A stretch of 64,000 nt of DNA from Trichoplax adhaerens (Eukaryota; Animalia; Placozoa), in assembly GCF_000150275.1 (NCBI RefSeq), contig NW_002060948.1, positions 5,502,336 to 5,566,335 of the forward strand, given 5' to 3'. The notes beneath the pieces are model-generated. The model saw nothing but the letters and a program-made list of their open reading frames with translations, searched no databases and was not told where the DNA came from. Each line of letters starts with the position of its first letter. The stretch's first letter is position 1. Below, piece after piece: positions 40,920-54,507 of the stretch. The translations under genes were made by a program, and so were the position numbers.

Positions 40920-41604
40920 CATCTCATCTATAACATAAAAAAAAGTTGTTCTGTAACGGTGTTTATCCATTGTAATAAGAGATTTTGAATAAAGCTGTAA
41001 CATGATTCGAAGACGAATAAAACTGAATGTTTGGAAAAGCGAAACGACAACAATATCTCATAAAATAATCGAAATAATCTTACGTTTTAGATTTACTATA
41101 GTTTTTTTCTTGTAAACCTATTTAATTGCTTGAATGACGTTACGCGTTGCAGCAAGCAATTTTGAAAAATTCTTACTTTTCATTATTGTCAATTTAGTGC
41201 ATTACTGGTACGAGCAAATATTATAAAGCATGCGCTAAATTATAGAGGCAAGGATAATACAATGATCACAAGATCAAGTTTTTTTATTATCTTTATTTAG
41301 TAAATCTTCTACACCAGTGGTTCAGGGTGACCCATCACACTGTACAAACTCATTACTTTATATCGCAGCAATTATGCACGTAGTCATGTCCATCCTTATT
41401 TCTAAGGAGTATAATGAATATCTCACCATTGAACGGAACATCGTGTATTCGCTAGTTTCTATTTCTATGTAACATTTGATAACTTTATAAACCCTCGATG
41501 ACTACCTCAGTTTGGTTGCAACGGCCATGCACCTAATATTATATTTTAATCAAGTTTCCTCAATTTTTTGATTTCTTAAAAACCTTCCGTGACTACAAAA
41601 CTGA

Positions 41605-41669
41605 TAATTTTTTGCACCAATTAAGTTATTTTAGTACTCATTTTAGGATATTAGTGGTGCAAAAAATTA
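41605..41669. repeat. Perfect 15-bp inverted repeat (65-nt hairpin)
   Basis: TAATTTTTTGCACCA (41605-41619) and TGGTGCAAAAAATTA (41655-41669). Confidence 0.75.
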
Positions 41670-42436
41670 ACATCCTGACCTGTAATATTTAAGTACATTG
41701 AGTGCTATTACCTTAGCTCAAAATTAGGGTCTAGTAAAACAACAGAGTAAGACCACTTTTAGGTATGGCTCCGTATTATATAATTTCCATTAATGTGAAG
41801 CCTTAAAATAGGCAGTTCTTGGGCCTATAGTCTTATATCAGGCTCGTTCTACTCATCCACAGAAGTGATTTATTTTAGGGCAATTATAATCAACAATCAA
41901 ACGCATGTAACGGATATTAGCTATTTGACTGAGTAATTCGATGTGCTATGATTCTTACAGTATAAATCTTGATTGATTTATTGTCGTGCTACAAACCGAT
42001 TTCTGTAATGAAAGGTTACTTTATAAAAGCTAAATAAAATAATGATATTTTCATCGCAGAATCTACTGCAACGATAACTTAAAATTCTATCAATATATGT
42101 AGCTATGTGCTATATAATCGTGATAAATGAAATTATCAAAGCAATCTGCCGTCAGATACAGAGGCATCAGTGCAACTGAGTGCTATAAAATGTAAATAAT
42201 AATAAACTTAAATGACAAATCGAAAGGTACATTAAGAGTGACTTTGTAACATATTGTACATAGCCACTAGTCTAGTGAAATCATAACTTATCATGAATGT
42301 ATACGTGTACCGCCGCTATTACTAGCGGTTGTAAATCAAAGGGAAAGACAAACCATTATAATTATTATCGAAAGGACAGTCCATCCTGATATAGTTATTA
42401 ATATATATGAATATCCAGTATTATAACGATGTAACG

Positions 42437-45400
42437 CTAATACACAGCTTTATCTGCCTCCAGAGAGAATAGCTGATCTAGCACCTTCCATAAATTGCCA
42501 CCCTGAATAAAGTCATTGTCTACCATATTTACCAGTACGAAATTACGTACGGCAGCAGTTATAACCTGACGAGATTTAGACTCTTCCGGGTAAAGGTTGG
42601 CCCACTGATTAGTCCACAACGCAAACGCTTCATCCTATGTGAACCGAATGCAGTAATTTTAGTACAGCAATACCATCTTGAATAGAAATGATAGCGGAAA
42701 TATAAATTAAAAATTGATGAGATAATACCTTCCAATAACTAAAACTGGTAGGATCAACTACTGTAGGTTGTAGGATTTCCCTTCCAGGAAATACTCCCCA
42801 TGTTACTGCTATAGGTTGATGATGATCGGAATTCGATACATTAATTGATTCCTATGTTTCATTAAAGTGATCAATAAACATGAATAACGTAAACATATCA
42901 TACTAGTGTTGTAGCCCAGCTAAGTCACTAACAATTTAAATTGAATTTATCTCTTACACTCAAGTCTAGAGCATGATAGTTTATCATCGGAAAGTTAGGA
43001 AGTACTTCTAAAAGGGTCTTAAATCTTTCAGCAGATATAAAAAATTCCAGGTACGCCTGCAAAAAATATAATAAGTTGAGTAACAGTAATTAGAACACAC
43101 AGCTTAAGAAACATACGATGATAATGAAATACTGCCTCATTTTTATGGTCATGTTAAAATATTAAGAATCAGTAGGCACAATTGGTCAGGCGTATAGCAG
43201 ACACTAAGCTCTGCTATCGATGCACGATGAATTATAATCTTAATTCGTTCACGAATTAGACGGCTATATTATTAATAATTATCAGGATAAGCTATCATTA
43301 ATGTCATTAAAGTAGCAACCTTTTGATAAACGTAACCATTTGGGCCACCCCAACCGAATACTTCGTGGGTTGAAGGTAGAGCATTGACATTCGGCTGACT
43401 ATTGATAGTCAAAATTCCTTTACTGTTAATGTATTCTAAACTCTTCTTAATAAATAAGGTCTCTAGAGCTAATGCATCATTACTCCAAGGGAGCGCGTCT
43501 ACCTATATATATATACGGATGATAAAACAGTTACTTCGTAATAAGTTTACATAAATGTACTATTATAAAAGTATCGTTGATATGAATAAATAGCAAAGTA
43601 TTAACTATTACATGCTATAGCGCCAAAAAACCGCAAATTTACACGTACTAGGCAGGATAATTACCTTATAACCATACTTATTACGTTCTCCTGAAACAAA
43701 GCATGTAAAAATCTCGTAGACATCTTCTACAGATTCTAATTTTTCTCCCCACATTTTAAGTAATTCATCTTTCTTAGAGGTGTTCTAAAGCGGTGAAACA
43801 AATATTTTTTGATTGTATGATACAAAATTGTCAGGAAACTAATATACTGGATGCCTATTTAAGAACACAAACCTTTAAATAGAAAATGTGATAATCCTTT
43901 AATTCGCCAAACGCCGGACTTGCAGAACTGCCCCACCGACCATTGGGATATTCATCCCACATCATTGTACGATGGACATAACTTTTCGGCCTTGATGCCC
44001 AGAATATCGGTCTAACGTCTTCCGAAATGCGCTTTCCATTAGCCGAAGGTCTCCACGGAAGACTTTTATAGATAGATTCTTCATGCCATAGACCAACACG
44101 CTTTAGCAATTTCACAACAGCTTCCTAAAACCAAAGTATTTTTATTTCGGCTTTAATTAATATGTAATAAACATTTTAAGCTCATTTGTTGTTATACCTC
44201 TCTATTTAAGGTATAAACATGAATTCCGGGTACATCATCAGATGCTAGTAGTTTTTTACATAAATTAGTAGCTTCCACAATGCCAAATTTGCGAATAGCC
44301 TCATCATTATCCTTGATTGATTCTATAGTGTCGAGAATTCGTTGGGGTACTGGTAGCTTCGATAACTGTACCAAATGACGAAGTGAGTTGTACCCCTATG
44401 TACCCACGTGCAAGAAAAATTTCGTTATTATTTCAGCGGAGTAATCTCGATAAATAGTATTGTACCTATGATGCACTTAACAGTTTCTATATCACACCTG
44501 TATCGGTAAAATACCAGGAATAATTGGTGCAGTGATACCAGCATTTCGGCAATCGCGAAGAAATTTAAAATAGGTTTCGGCATCAAAAAATAACTGGGTG
44601 ACAACGAAGTCGCCACCATTATCGAGTTTTTCCTTTAATCGTCGAATGTCGTCCTCATATGAGGAACATTCCGGATGGCCATCTGGATATCCTAACATTT
44701 AAAATACAAAGTTACAAATTTTAACTCGGATTGGCAGTTATAATTACTTTAATATTGATGCATCAATCTACTGTACGTCAAAAATAAGTGAATTCCTAAA
44801 AGCTTAAATGTTTGTTACGTAATATGTACAGTGCAGTATATTATGCAATAACTGAGTGGCACAGAAACGTTTTACGGTTGATTAAGAACCTGCTTATAAT
44901 TGGTCATAGATCGTGATCAACAAATAATTTGGTGATCGACTGATCGTATATTTCAAGTTAGGTATAAAACCAGCGATCTTGTTATTTATTTACGTAAACA
45001 AAATTAAATAGCTACATATAATACATGCAGTCAAGGTAATTTTAGCGGTGACTTTTACTTGAATTAAATCATTTACAACGATTTATAACATTCACAGGTA
45101 ATTCGGATAAATTTTTATATAATTTCCTAACAGTCAATTTTTACATATGTAACTAACCAGCAACTGCAATCCCAAAGTAATTTCCAAACTCTTTTCTAAT
45201 ATGCTTAACCAGATCAGAAGCATATTTTAATTCCTTTGTATGCCTGACCGATTCATCAATAGAATCGGATACATCTACATTTAGTTATAGCAATTCGTTT
45301 AATAATTTCGGTAAAAGTAAGCCACTGTACTTTTCCAAATTTCCAATTCACATTAATCAATGCAGTTTATCATAGATCGAGCTAGATCTTCTAACTTCAA

Positions 45401-45920
45401 TTAACGTATTCTACATGCTACTTAAGAATTTAAATATATAGAATAATTAACCTCCTCTCAATGCCAGTATATTTCGTAATCCTTGCTTTTTAGCCTTACG
45501 AAGGTATTTATCGATATCCTCCGTAGTTGAATTAATACATGTCATGTGTAGCATGGAATCTAGTCCACAGAAATTTAGCGCTGCACTGGCTATAGTTAGC
45601 GAAGCAGTAACTTCATCTCCACCGGAATTACCTTTTGGATGCCAAGTAACATCAATAAATAGTGGATTGCCGATAGCGAGCCTATCAAAGCGGGCAATAA
45701 GGTTCACGCCTCCGCTATCCGTTCGCGGCGGAAAAAATTCTAAGGAATAAAATTTATCTCCGGAGTTTATTCTTTTCCTAATTTTTTGAATAATATGAGC
45801 ATCATCGTAGTTATCATCGACGATGCCATCAGTAATAACCGATTTTTTCGCTCCGTATTGGCAATCCATTGATTTGTATTCAGTACCGATGTACTTATCA
45901 TTAACTTTTTCAGTGGTCAT
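42437..45920 (-). CDS. MTHFR: Methylenetetrahydrofolate reductase (eukaryotic type with C-terminal regulatory domain)
   Basis: About 10 exons: [161 protein letters not shown]. Confidence 0.96.
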
Positions 45921-48900
45921 CTTCAAAGACACAACAGATAAATCTAAACGTGTAAATACGTTAAAACAATTAATGCTGTAATACTTTTAGGTGATTCTCA
46001 CTGACATTTACATCTGCAATATCATCTTACAGTCATAAGACGTTATAATAATAATATCAATAGCGTATTCAATATCAAACCAACGATAACCTATAATCTG
46101 CAGTAAAGATCATAATCACTTTACAAGAATACGCGTATATCGTAAATTGCTAGTTTACCGCACGATGCAGGTAACTTTACAGTAAATGTAAAGTAACGTA
46201 AATATTTTTAAGGTACTGTAGGCTACTGTATTGCTCTAACTCATGACATTCAACTATACTGTATGTTATTTGCACCCAACAATTACTGCACCATTAATCA
46301 TTAATTGATCAAAATACTTAATAATTAAAAGTTGAAAGGCGGCGAAAATTAATGAGAACTGCATTCAATACGAATACTGTACAGTATCGAAGGACTACTA
46401 GCAGCAGTTCCACCCCGTCCTTGCAGTATCGGTGTCGGTTTATCACGTAAGCTAGTATTACGCAGACTGATGAAAGTGTTTCTAGTTTCGAGGCATTACG
46501 AATTTACAAACACAGAAGTATAGTACTGTACTTTAGTTATAAATCCTTTAATCACTGGCTCAAATGTTCGTTCAAATTTTTTTATCTCGTTTTAATTAAT
46601 TGGTTATACTGGAAATTCGCGGTCAAGTCAATGCAAGACCAGGAACTATTACTACAGCAACAGAATTTAAAATTTTGGAAATGCTTTCAAACAAGTCGAG
46701 AATACTGGACCGTTAAATTAAAATAAAGTTAATGTTAATCTTACAATCCTTGGAGATCGTCGATAAAATGAACGCGTTGTCATCTACAGTTACAGCCACA
46801 GTTGTGTAGTGGAGCATAAACAGTTTTGAGTAATGATATTATTTTTGTCTGTTGTCCTGTAGCTCTACCCATAGTAGTACAGTACAGTACTATTATAGTA
46901 ATACGCACATTAGCAAAGTACGGCTAAGACAAATAATAGTTTAGTTAATTCGTATTCCTTATTATTTATTCATTTATTACAAACAATGCGTGCATGTCTA
47001 CAGTACTATAAATTTAAGCGTTTAAAGATAAAGAAAAAATTGGTGACAGGGTGTATATATTGAACGGAAATAGCTGACCTACCTGATGTAAGTCATAGAC
47101 AAATTTTAAAGCTAACGTACTTAATTATAATAACAATAATGTTAGCAATCCGATGTGTATCTTAAGCAGGTTAGGAGTTGCATATAAACTACTTCTAGGT
47201 ACACAAAAAAGTGTAAATAAATAATAATGTAATCATTCGCCCTTTCTTTTCACATAATAAGGTCATGTTTGTAGAATCTGCGATTCGTACAGCGTGCTAC
47301 TGTAGTAAATTGGCTCATAGCTATTTGCTAGAAATCCATTTACGAAATGAAACCAACTTGATTGTGCTTGGTACTAGGTACTGACGACAGAACTAAATCA
47401 AGTCTTGCATACTGGAGATATCGTAGGTTTGCGATGAATTATAATCATGAGGTACTTTAGTATGTAAAAAAAATATAATAGCAACTCGGTCGCGATACAT
47501 TTTGTACTGTACGTTCAGAATCAGCGGGATATGGCATAGAAATAATGTCGTACAAGTGCATCATTTGATTTTTTATGCCCGTAAGCTATTTGTGAATTCT
47601 TATTGATAACTTAAAAAACTAGTACAGACTATTACGTTCATTGCGGCTACTATCTGCACACACTACGATGAGACGTATAATTAACCTTAATACGCGTATA
47701 ATGTACGCATACTGTAATTCATCAATGTAACGTTCCAAATGGCTGCAACGTTGGGTCTAGTCATCAATCTACTTTCTCTTTCTCAGAAACATGGTTTAAC
47801 AGTTCTTGAAGATGATTTAATATTCTTCACTAATATAGTTGCGTAACTGAACATATTTTGATTACTTACGTAGTCAATATTTACACCTACTGTAACGCTG
47901 AAATATTTTGCCTGCTCAAATTCAGGAATCGTCACGGTAATATCTGACTTGTACAGTTGATGCAGACTTCCAATCCGCTCAATACTTCATTTATTCGTTC
48001 GCTTATAGTATGTTTTAGGTACAAAATTTAAAAGAGTATATGATCCCAACTTAAAGGTCATTTCAATGTTTCACCTCCATGTTGTTTTTATAGCAAAGCA
48101 GATCAAGTTAATTTGACAAAGCTTCTGCAAAACATTGTAGTAGAATCGTAACAACTACCACCAATTCACAGGAGAGTTAGGCACAGTTCACTAGAATCTT
48201 CATTGGAGAGCGTAACTCTGACGTATTTTATTTGCAAATTATTTGTGATGATGCTGAAAGGGTTGCATAAATCACACGTTTTATATATATAAACTAGCTT
48301 AACTTGCACACCATGCCGCATGAATGAGACTTTTTATACTATGGTATATTATGTGTAATTCATAGGCGATGACTTACGATGACTTATGCAGAAACAGACA
48401 GCTACCTCACTCACATGACACTAGAGTATTTGAAAAAATGCACATGTAATAATTGAATTTAGGACGAGTAATACGATTACAGTGCAGTACTGCTACAGAG
48501 TAGCGAATGAATAAACTTATTGGTACTGTATTGACGTACGCTATGTCTCATTGTGAATTTTAAAAATTATAGCTGAATAACCGAAGTCAGTCAGTGAATG
48601 ATTCCGTGGATGGAAAATATAGCATGTAAATTCTTTACTCTATGACAGAAAATATCCATACATGCGAGTAAAATCGATTGTGTCAATTCAAAGAAAAATT
48701 TTCATTGAAGCAGAGGATCATTGGATGAAAATTTTCCTCTACAATTTCAATGTAATCGACTCTCAAATTCTAGTTATCTATACAACATTTTTACAAATGG
48801 ATACATGTAGCGTACTCACGAGAATTTAAAATGGCTTCCTGGCAATAGAATATACAGCACAAGACTCTTCAATCTGAATTCAATTCAAAGCACCGTCCTA

Positions 48901-48937
48901 CTAATTTTTTGCGCTTGCAAGCAAGGACTTCTGGCTA

Positions 48938-49300
48938 TACAGTACTATACAGTATAATCTACGGAAAGTCGTAGTTGCTGCCTGTTTCCCGTAAAATAGT
49001 AGAATGCAAAGCAAATGAATGTAAAGTGGCTATGGTAGGGATATATATATACAGTAGTACTGTACAGTATGGTACTGAATGTTACGGTGTACAGTACAGT
49101 ACAGAATATTAAATGTACTGTACAGTACACTGTACTCAGTGTACTGTACTGTACCCCTGTACCAGTTGTCCGGTACCGTACAGTGATACAGTGCTGATGG
49201 AGAGCCGAAAGCGCATGTCAAGAACGAAGAATCCCTCATGCTCATGTGATCAACAAATATGAATGTAATGTACAGTACAATACAGTATACTGTACTGTAT
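48938..49300. repeat. (TACAG)/(CTGTA) array
   Basis: Dense TACAGTAC/GTACTGTA runs at 49050-49190 and 49270-49300. No coding gene starts immediately adjacent. Confidence 0.8.
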
Positions 49301-51524
49301 CGTATATTAATAATAATTAATTAAGTATTAATTAATGATTATATTAATTAAACCATGAGATAATATTATTCAATGTCGAGGAGTGACCTATCAGACCACC
49401 ATCACCATGTTTCGTACGTGATACACTAGATACGGTGCAATCAAACCACGTGTTCCCAACATTGCCACGTCGCCCAAAATTCGAATATTCCAATAGCGAA
49501 TTCTAAAGTACAGATACAGTAATCCCTAGTCATGAATTCTCATAATACTGTATACCCAAATCTTCGTAGCCACTGTAGGGGACTCATGACTTCGAACAAG
49601 TCCCTGGCTAATGTCAGTATTTTGCGCGTCCGATTCAAAATGATGAAAGCTTCTGTACTGCAAATATGAATTCATGATCAATATTGATTATTGACCATGT
49701 CAAATGTTGAATCAGTAGTCTGGTAAAATGTATTGTAACAACATGGTAACAACTAATAATTAAATTACTGTAACTGATTGCCGATACACACTGTACTGTA
49801 CTTCAATGAAAATTTCGTAATCCATGATACAGTATAGCAATTTTTAATTTGGAAGCAGTACAGTACTGTACAGTAAATACTACAAGATGTGGAAATTTGA
49901 ACAAAAATAGCTATAACTGATAAATATATCATTCTTATAGCACAGGATAGTAACGACATGGTAACAACGAATAATACAATTCACTTGTTATGGACTTGTG
50001 TAAAGTATAATCAAAATTTCATAATGCATGCTATACCAAAGTACAGTACAGTACTAGTTCTCGTACTGTATTCAAATTCGAAAGGCAATATCGTACTATC
50101 ATTACAACGTAATGTTGAAATTTTGATGTAAATAGCAACGACGTATCACTCTATAGCTATGGTTAGGGCTATAAATCTATGTTTGCTGTAATATTCTACA
50201 TCGTTCTGAAAAGTCACTCCGAACTTTGATTGGCTAGCTTTGACCCTAGTAATTCCATGGACTTGTAGTAGAACTACTCATACACAAGAAATTTGAAATG
50301 TGGACCTGTTGCACAACAATGTTTAATTTCTAGATTTTTCAGTTGACAAGTGAATAGAATCTGTTATTAATCTAACTTAAGATACACAACAGATTCATTA
50401 TATTATCATCCAATACAAATACTGCATGTCTGTGATTAAAGAAATGCAGACCTTTGAACTATTTTTAAAAGATTTTAAGTTACGATTTTATTCAAGCACA
50501 ACGTAAATCTTACAAACAGTTCACGATCCAGAAAACCAACAACAAATAGCCCATGCATACTTTTAGTTAAATTATTGTCTACCGCAGTAAAATATCAACA
50601 AAGTTCTTCTAAGTTAAAGTCTATTGTTCCACGTTAAAAATACTCCGTATGAGTTATCAGAAATGATCAAGTTAAATATATTAGCAGTCAGATAGGATCT
50701 GCCCAGCACGACACACTCAGATCAGTAATGTTCTAAAATTAAAATTTCTTGACTGCTATAAAGTATACATTACTGTACTGTATAATTATAACTGAAAAAA
50801 ATTGGACGGTTTTATTTTAGATATGCTGTATACTACAAATAAGTAGTTCAATAATATAATTATTCATTCATTATTAATTAACTGTATAATTACTAGTACT
50901 GTACAGCATTGAAAGCGATCTTGATATATATTTTGTATTTACTAACTATAAAGTTTAGTTTCTAGTCTCTACGGTTAATCATTGCTTATATATGTGTAAT
51001 ATAGTGAACAGATAGCCTACTGTATGTTGTCTATGTAACCATGGTACTGATGTACTGTACTATGTGTATCAATACCTTACAGTATACGTTTACACCGGTC
51101 AGTGATATCACATGCTAACTGCCTACGATAAATTAAATTATACATTATACTGTATACAGACAAATACAATACAGAGCAGTACAGTATAATATAGATCGAT
51201 TGATATTCTGTTCTGTCTGGTAGTAGCCTCCTCCCGTATGTCTCTCTAACGTTCTACCTATGAGCGTTCATTCTCATTCTACAAATAAACCTACTCTTCA
51301 TCCTCTCATCATCTTTAACATCAATCATTTTGTACGTATTTCAAGAAATCATATTATAATATGTACTGTACATTGTACTGTACTCTCATGTACTGTACGT
51401 GTTAATTAAGCTTATTACACATTCGTGAATCGAGTCCGTGATACTGTACGGCCATACAGTATTACCGTGTCTTTGTTTGAAATAAAATAAATAAATCAAT
51501 TTTAAATTTTAGCGTAAATACGGT

Positions 51525-51885
51525 CTGTACAGTGTACTGTACAAGTATATAGTAATACGGTGTGCTTATTTTGTTTTCAGATTGGCGAAATCCTTCTCGA
51601 GGTGCTTTAAATAATGAAAAGACCTATAAATTTCATACCGGTACTTTAGAGACTATACTGTTCTGTACTGTACTGTACACCACACGAACTGTACTAGTGT
51701 TCAGACTAAAGAAACGAAAATCGCCCGGTTTTTACGGTGCAGTACAGTACATTATGAACAGTGTACAGTACTGTACTGTACTGTACAGTACTGTACATTA
51801 TGTACAGTGTACAGTACAGTACTGTACTGTACTGTACAGTACAGTACTGTAGTCATCGTCTTTATTGCTCAGTATGTAGTACTGT
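51525..51885. repeat. (TACAG)/(CTGTA) array upstream of the MIF4G gene
   Basis: Long run GTACAGTACTGTACTGTACTGTACAGTACTGTAC at 51763-51852, with shorter flanking runs. Confidence 0.85.
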
Positions 51886-52095
51886 ATCACTAAATTAGTC
51901 ACCAGCAACTCCGAGAGTATGTTTTCAAGTCTTGAAAAAGATCGGATCAATATATAAATCGACTGTGCCTGTCTGGAACAGGAACCTTTGACGTTATCAA
52001 GAGCTATATTATCTCTAATTTATCCACTGCATTACAGTAAAATCCAATCTTCTAAAAGTGCAAAAGCTGCCATTGCAGTACCCATATTTGAAGGC

Positions 52096-54507
52096 ATGGG
52101 AGATACCTTAACATTATGGCTGGAAACGGTAGTGCAAGAATGTTATTACTATTAACTAGTTCATTGATTGTATTTGCCAAAACATGAATATGCGGTAGAA
52201 TGAATGTTAGCTCTGCCATTCAGTAGTAGTTAATGCTTACAATAGGGTTGTACCTTGTATTTTTGTTTTAAATAACTGGTATACAGTACATTAATTACAA
52301 TACATGTTACATCATACGAGTATTACTAGCTAAAGCTATTCATTATTCACTGTTATCTAGTACATCATTATATTATTATTATCACTTGTAATAAGATACG
52401 TACTCGTATACTATGTTATTTAGATACCAGCTACCGCAAAACGATGGCTACCTAAGCATCAGAGAGACGATGTGCATACGACGCCGAAAGAGGTATACAA
52501 AATATGAATAGTGTAATTTGAATTTACTGATAAGTTTTCGTAAACAATCCGCACAACTGCATGAGTCAGTAAGTGCAGCCTTCAGTATAGTTAATATGTA
52601 TTTATAATATACACACTTATGAATACATTTTATAAACGTCTAGAAAATGCTAGGTGTCCTTAATAAAATAACACCTGAACGATTCGACGTATTGGTTGAT
52701 CAAATAGATCAGCAGGATGTCGATAGCAAAGAATGCCTTCGAGAAATTACAGATCTAATCATTGGAAAGGCAAGTGCTATAAACTTTTATTATAACTAAC
52801 CTACTAACCGTTCGCTTCCAAGCGAGCATCGACAATTCCACACTTTTTCACTCAAACAAATACCTACAGTAATATTCTGTATTTATCTGCCGGTCTCTAC
52901 AACCATATTTTAATATAGTACGTATGAGGATAAGGATTTTTAAAATGGGCTGTAGCCGAAATTGATAAATTATTAATAATTACAGTCTTACAACTTCTTA
53001 ATATTGTTATAATGATAGTATTACGAATCTTTTCAATACATTGAAATACAGCTGCAATTATCATTTTAGACCGTTAACATTGTAATGTCTATATCCATCA
53101 TTTTAGGCGACCACCGAGCCCCTATATTCTCCAACATATGCTCGACTGTGTGCTAGAATAGGACATGTAGGATAAATAGCATTCACAATATATTTAGCTG
53201 TGTTTTTAACTCTAGGCTTGTGAAAATTCACTAACTAAATCATTTTACTCCATGGATTAATAACAGTTATTTTCTATTATCTACTTTATGACAGATTTCA
53301 GTTCCAAACTTGGCTATTGATCTTAAATCCTTGATAATAGAACGTTACCAAGAAGAATTTAACAATCTAATCAAAATTCCGCCTATATATTCATCGAGCA
53401 TTACTGGGTCTGATAAGGTTATAAATTCATGATTGGAAACTGTATCGTACGTAAATAGTCATTCTTTTTATAGCTACCTCTTAATACGTATTTTTTAATA
53501 CTTATTGTGTAATAGTGGTCAAACTATTATGCTAGGAAAACAGCTTTCAATCTAATGACTCTTGGAGGGGAATTATTCAAAATTAAAGTATTGAACATTA
53601 GTACACATGCTATCTGGTTATCAATTAGAATCTATGTGCTGCACTTTCTCAATTATAAATTAGCATCATGATAAAAGTGCGTTTTAAATAATTGAACCTA
53701 GATAATTCGAGCTCCAATGCTACACGAATTTTTAACTACATTATTAGCAAGACAAGACAATCATTTCTTTACTGAATGTTTTTGTGCTCTAATGGCTGTA
53801 GTTGGCAATGAACTTGGTTCTCTGTTATCGGAACTGGTAGTGCAATGTATTCGATAATGTTAATATTATTTATATTTTACGAATATATAATCTATAAAAT
53901 TCTTAGCAGCTTTCATCTACTCATAATACTTTGAACGTTATATATTTATCGAACAAAGCAACAATTTAATGCCTACTTTGAAGACCTAGAAGCAATTCTT
54001 GAAAATAGTAACACTTTACTACCTATTGTAAGATTCAAAATTTTGGATATTATAGACCTTAAAAAGGTATGAAATGGTAGTCATTAAAATAAATTCATCA
54101 GATCCTATACTAATGGAGAACTCTTATTAATACCATGTAGTGTTACGATTGGGTATTACTTAGCAACTATTACTGTATGTAGAAGATTTAGAAATTTCTT
54201 TGTACTACATCTGTTTCAGTGAGCTCTAAAATATATTGTATATTGTACTTAAAATTTATAGACATCTTATTAAAAGATTTCTTACGCTAGTTTACAGAGA
54301 ATGGCATTTCTATTGCTACCGATAGCAAATTTATGACATCATCAGATTCTCTACGGATTAGTTACATAATCAATACCTTGAATAGGTACAATTTTAAAAT
54401 TAATCATTGCTAAATTATACTCTTTACAGAATAATTGGATCCCCCGTAGGAAGGCGGCAATGCCAAAAAGATTGTCCGAATTCAGAAGGCCTAATTTGAG
54501 ACATTGA
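52096..54507 (+). CDS. Stand-alone eIF4G-type MIF4G (HEAT-1) domain protein, ~267 aa, 9 exons
   Basis: Exons 52096-52128, 52424-52492, 52644-52769 (GC donor), 53107-53166, 53295-53417, 53516-53587, 53702-53836, 53959-54066, 54430-54507 total 804 nt: RWLPKHQR..KMLGVLNKITPERFDVLV..ITDLIIGKATTEPLYSPTYARLC..GELFKIK..ECFCALMAVVGNEL..YFEDLE..VRFKILDIIDLKKNNWIPRR..PKRLSE. This is collinear with the eIF4G middle domain. Confidence 0.82.
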
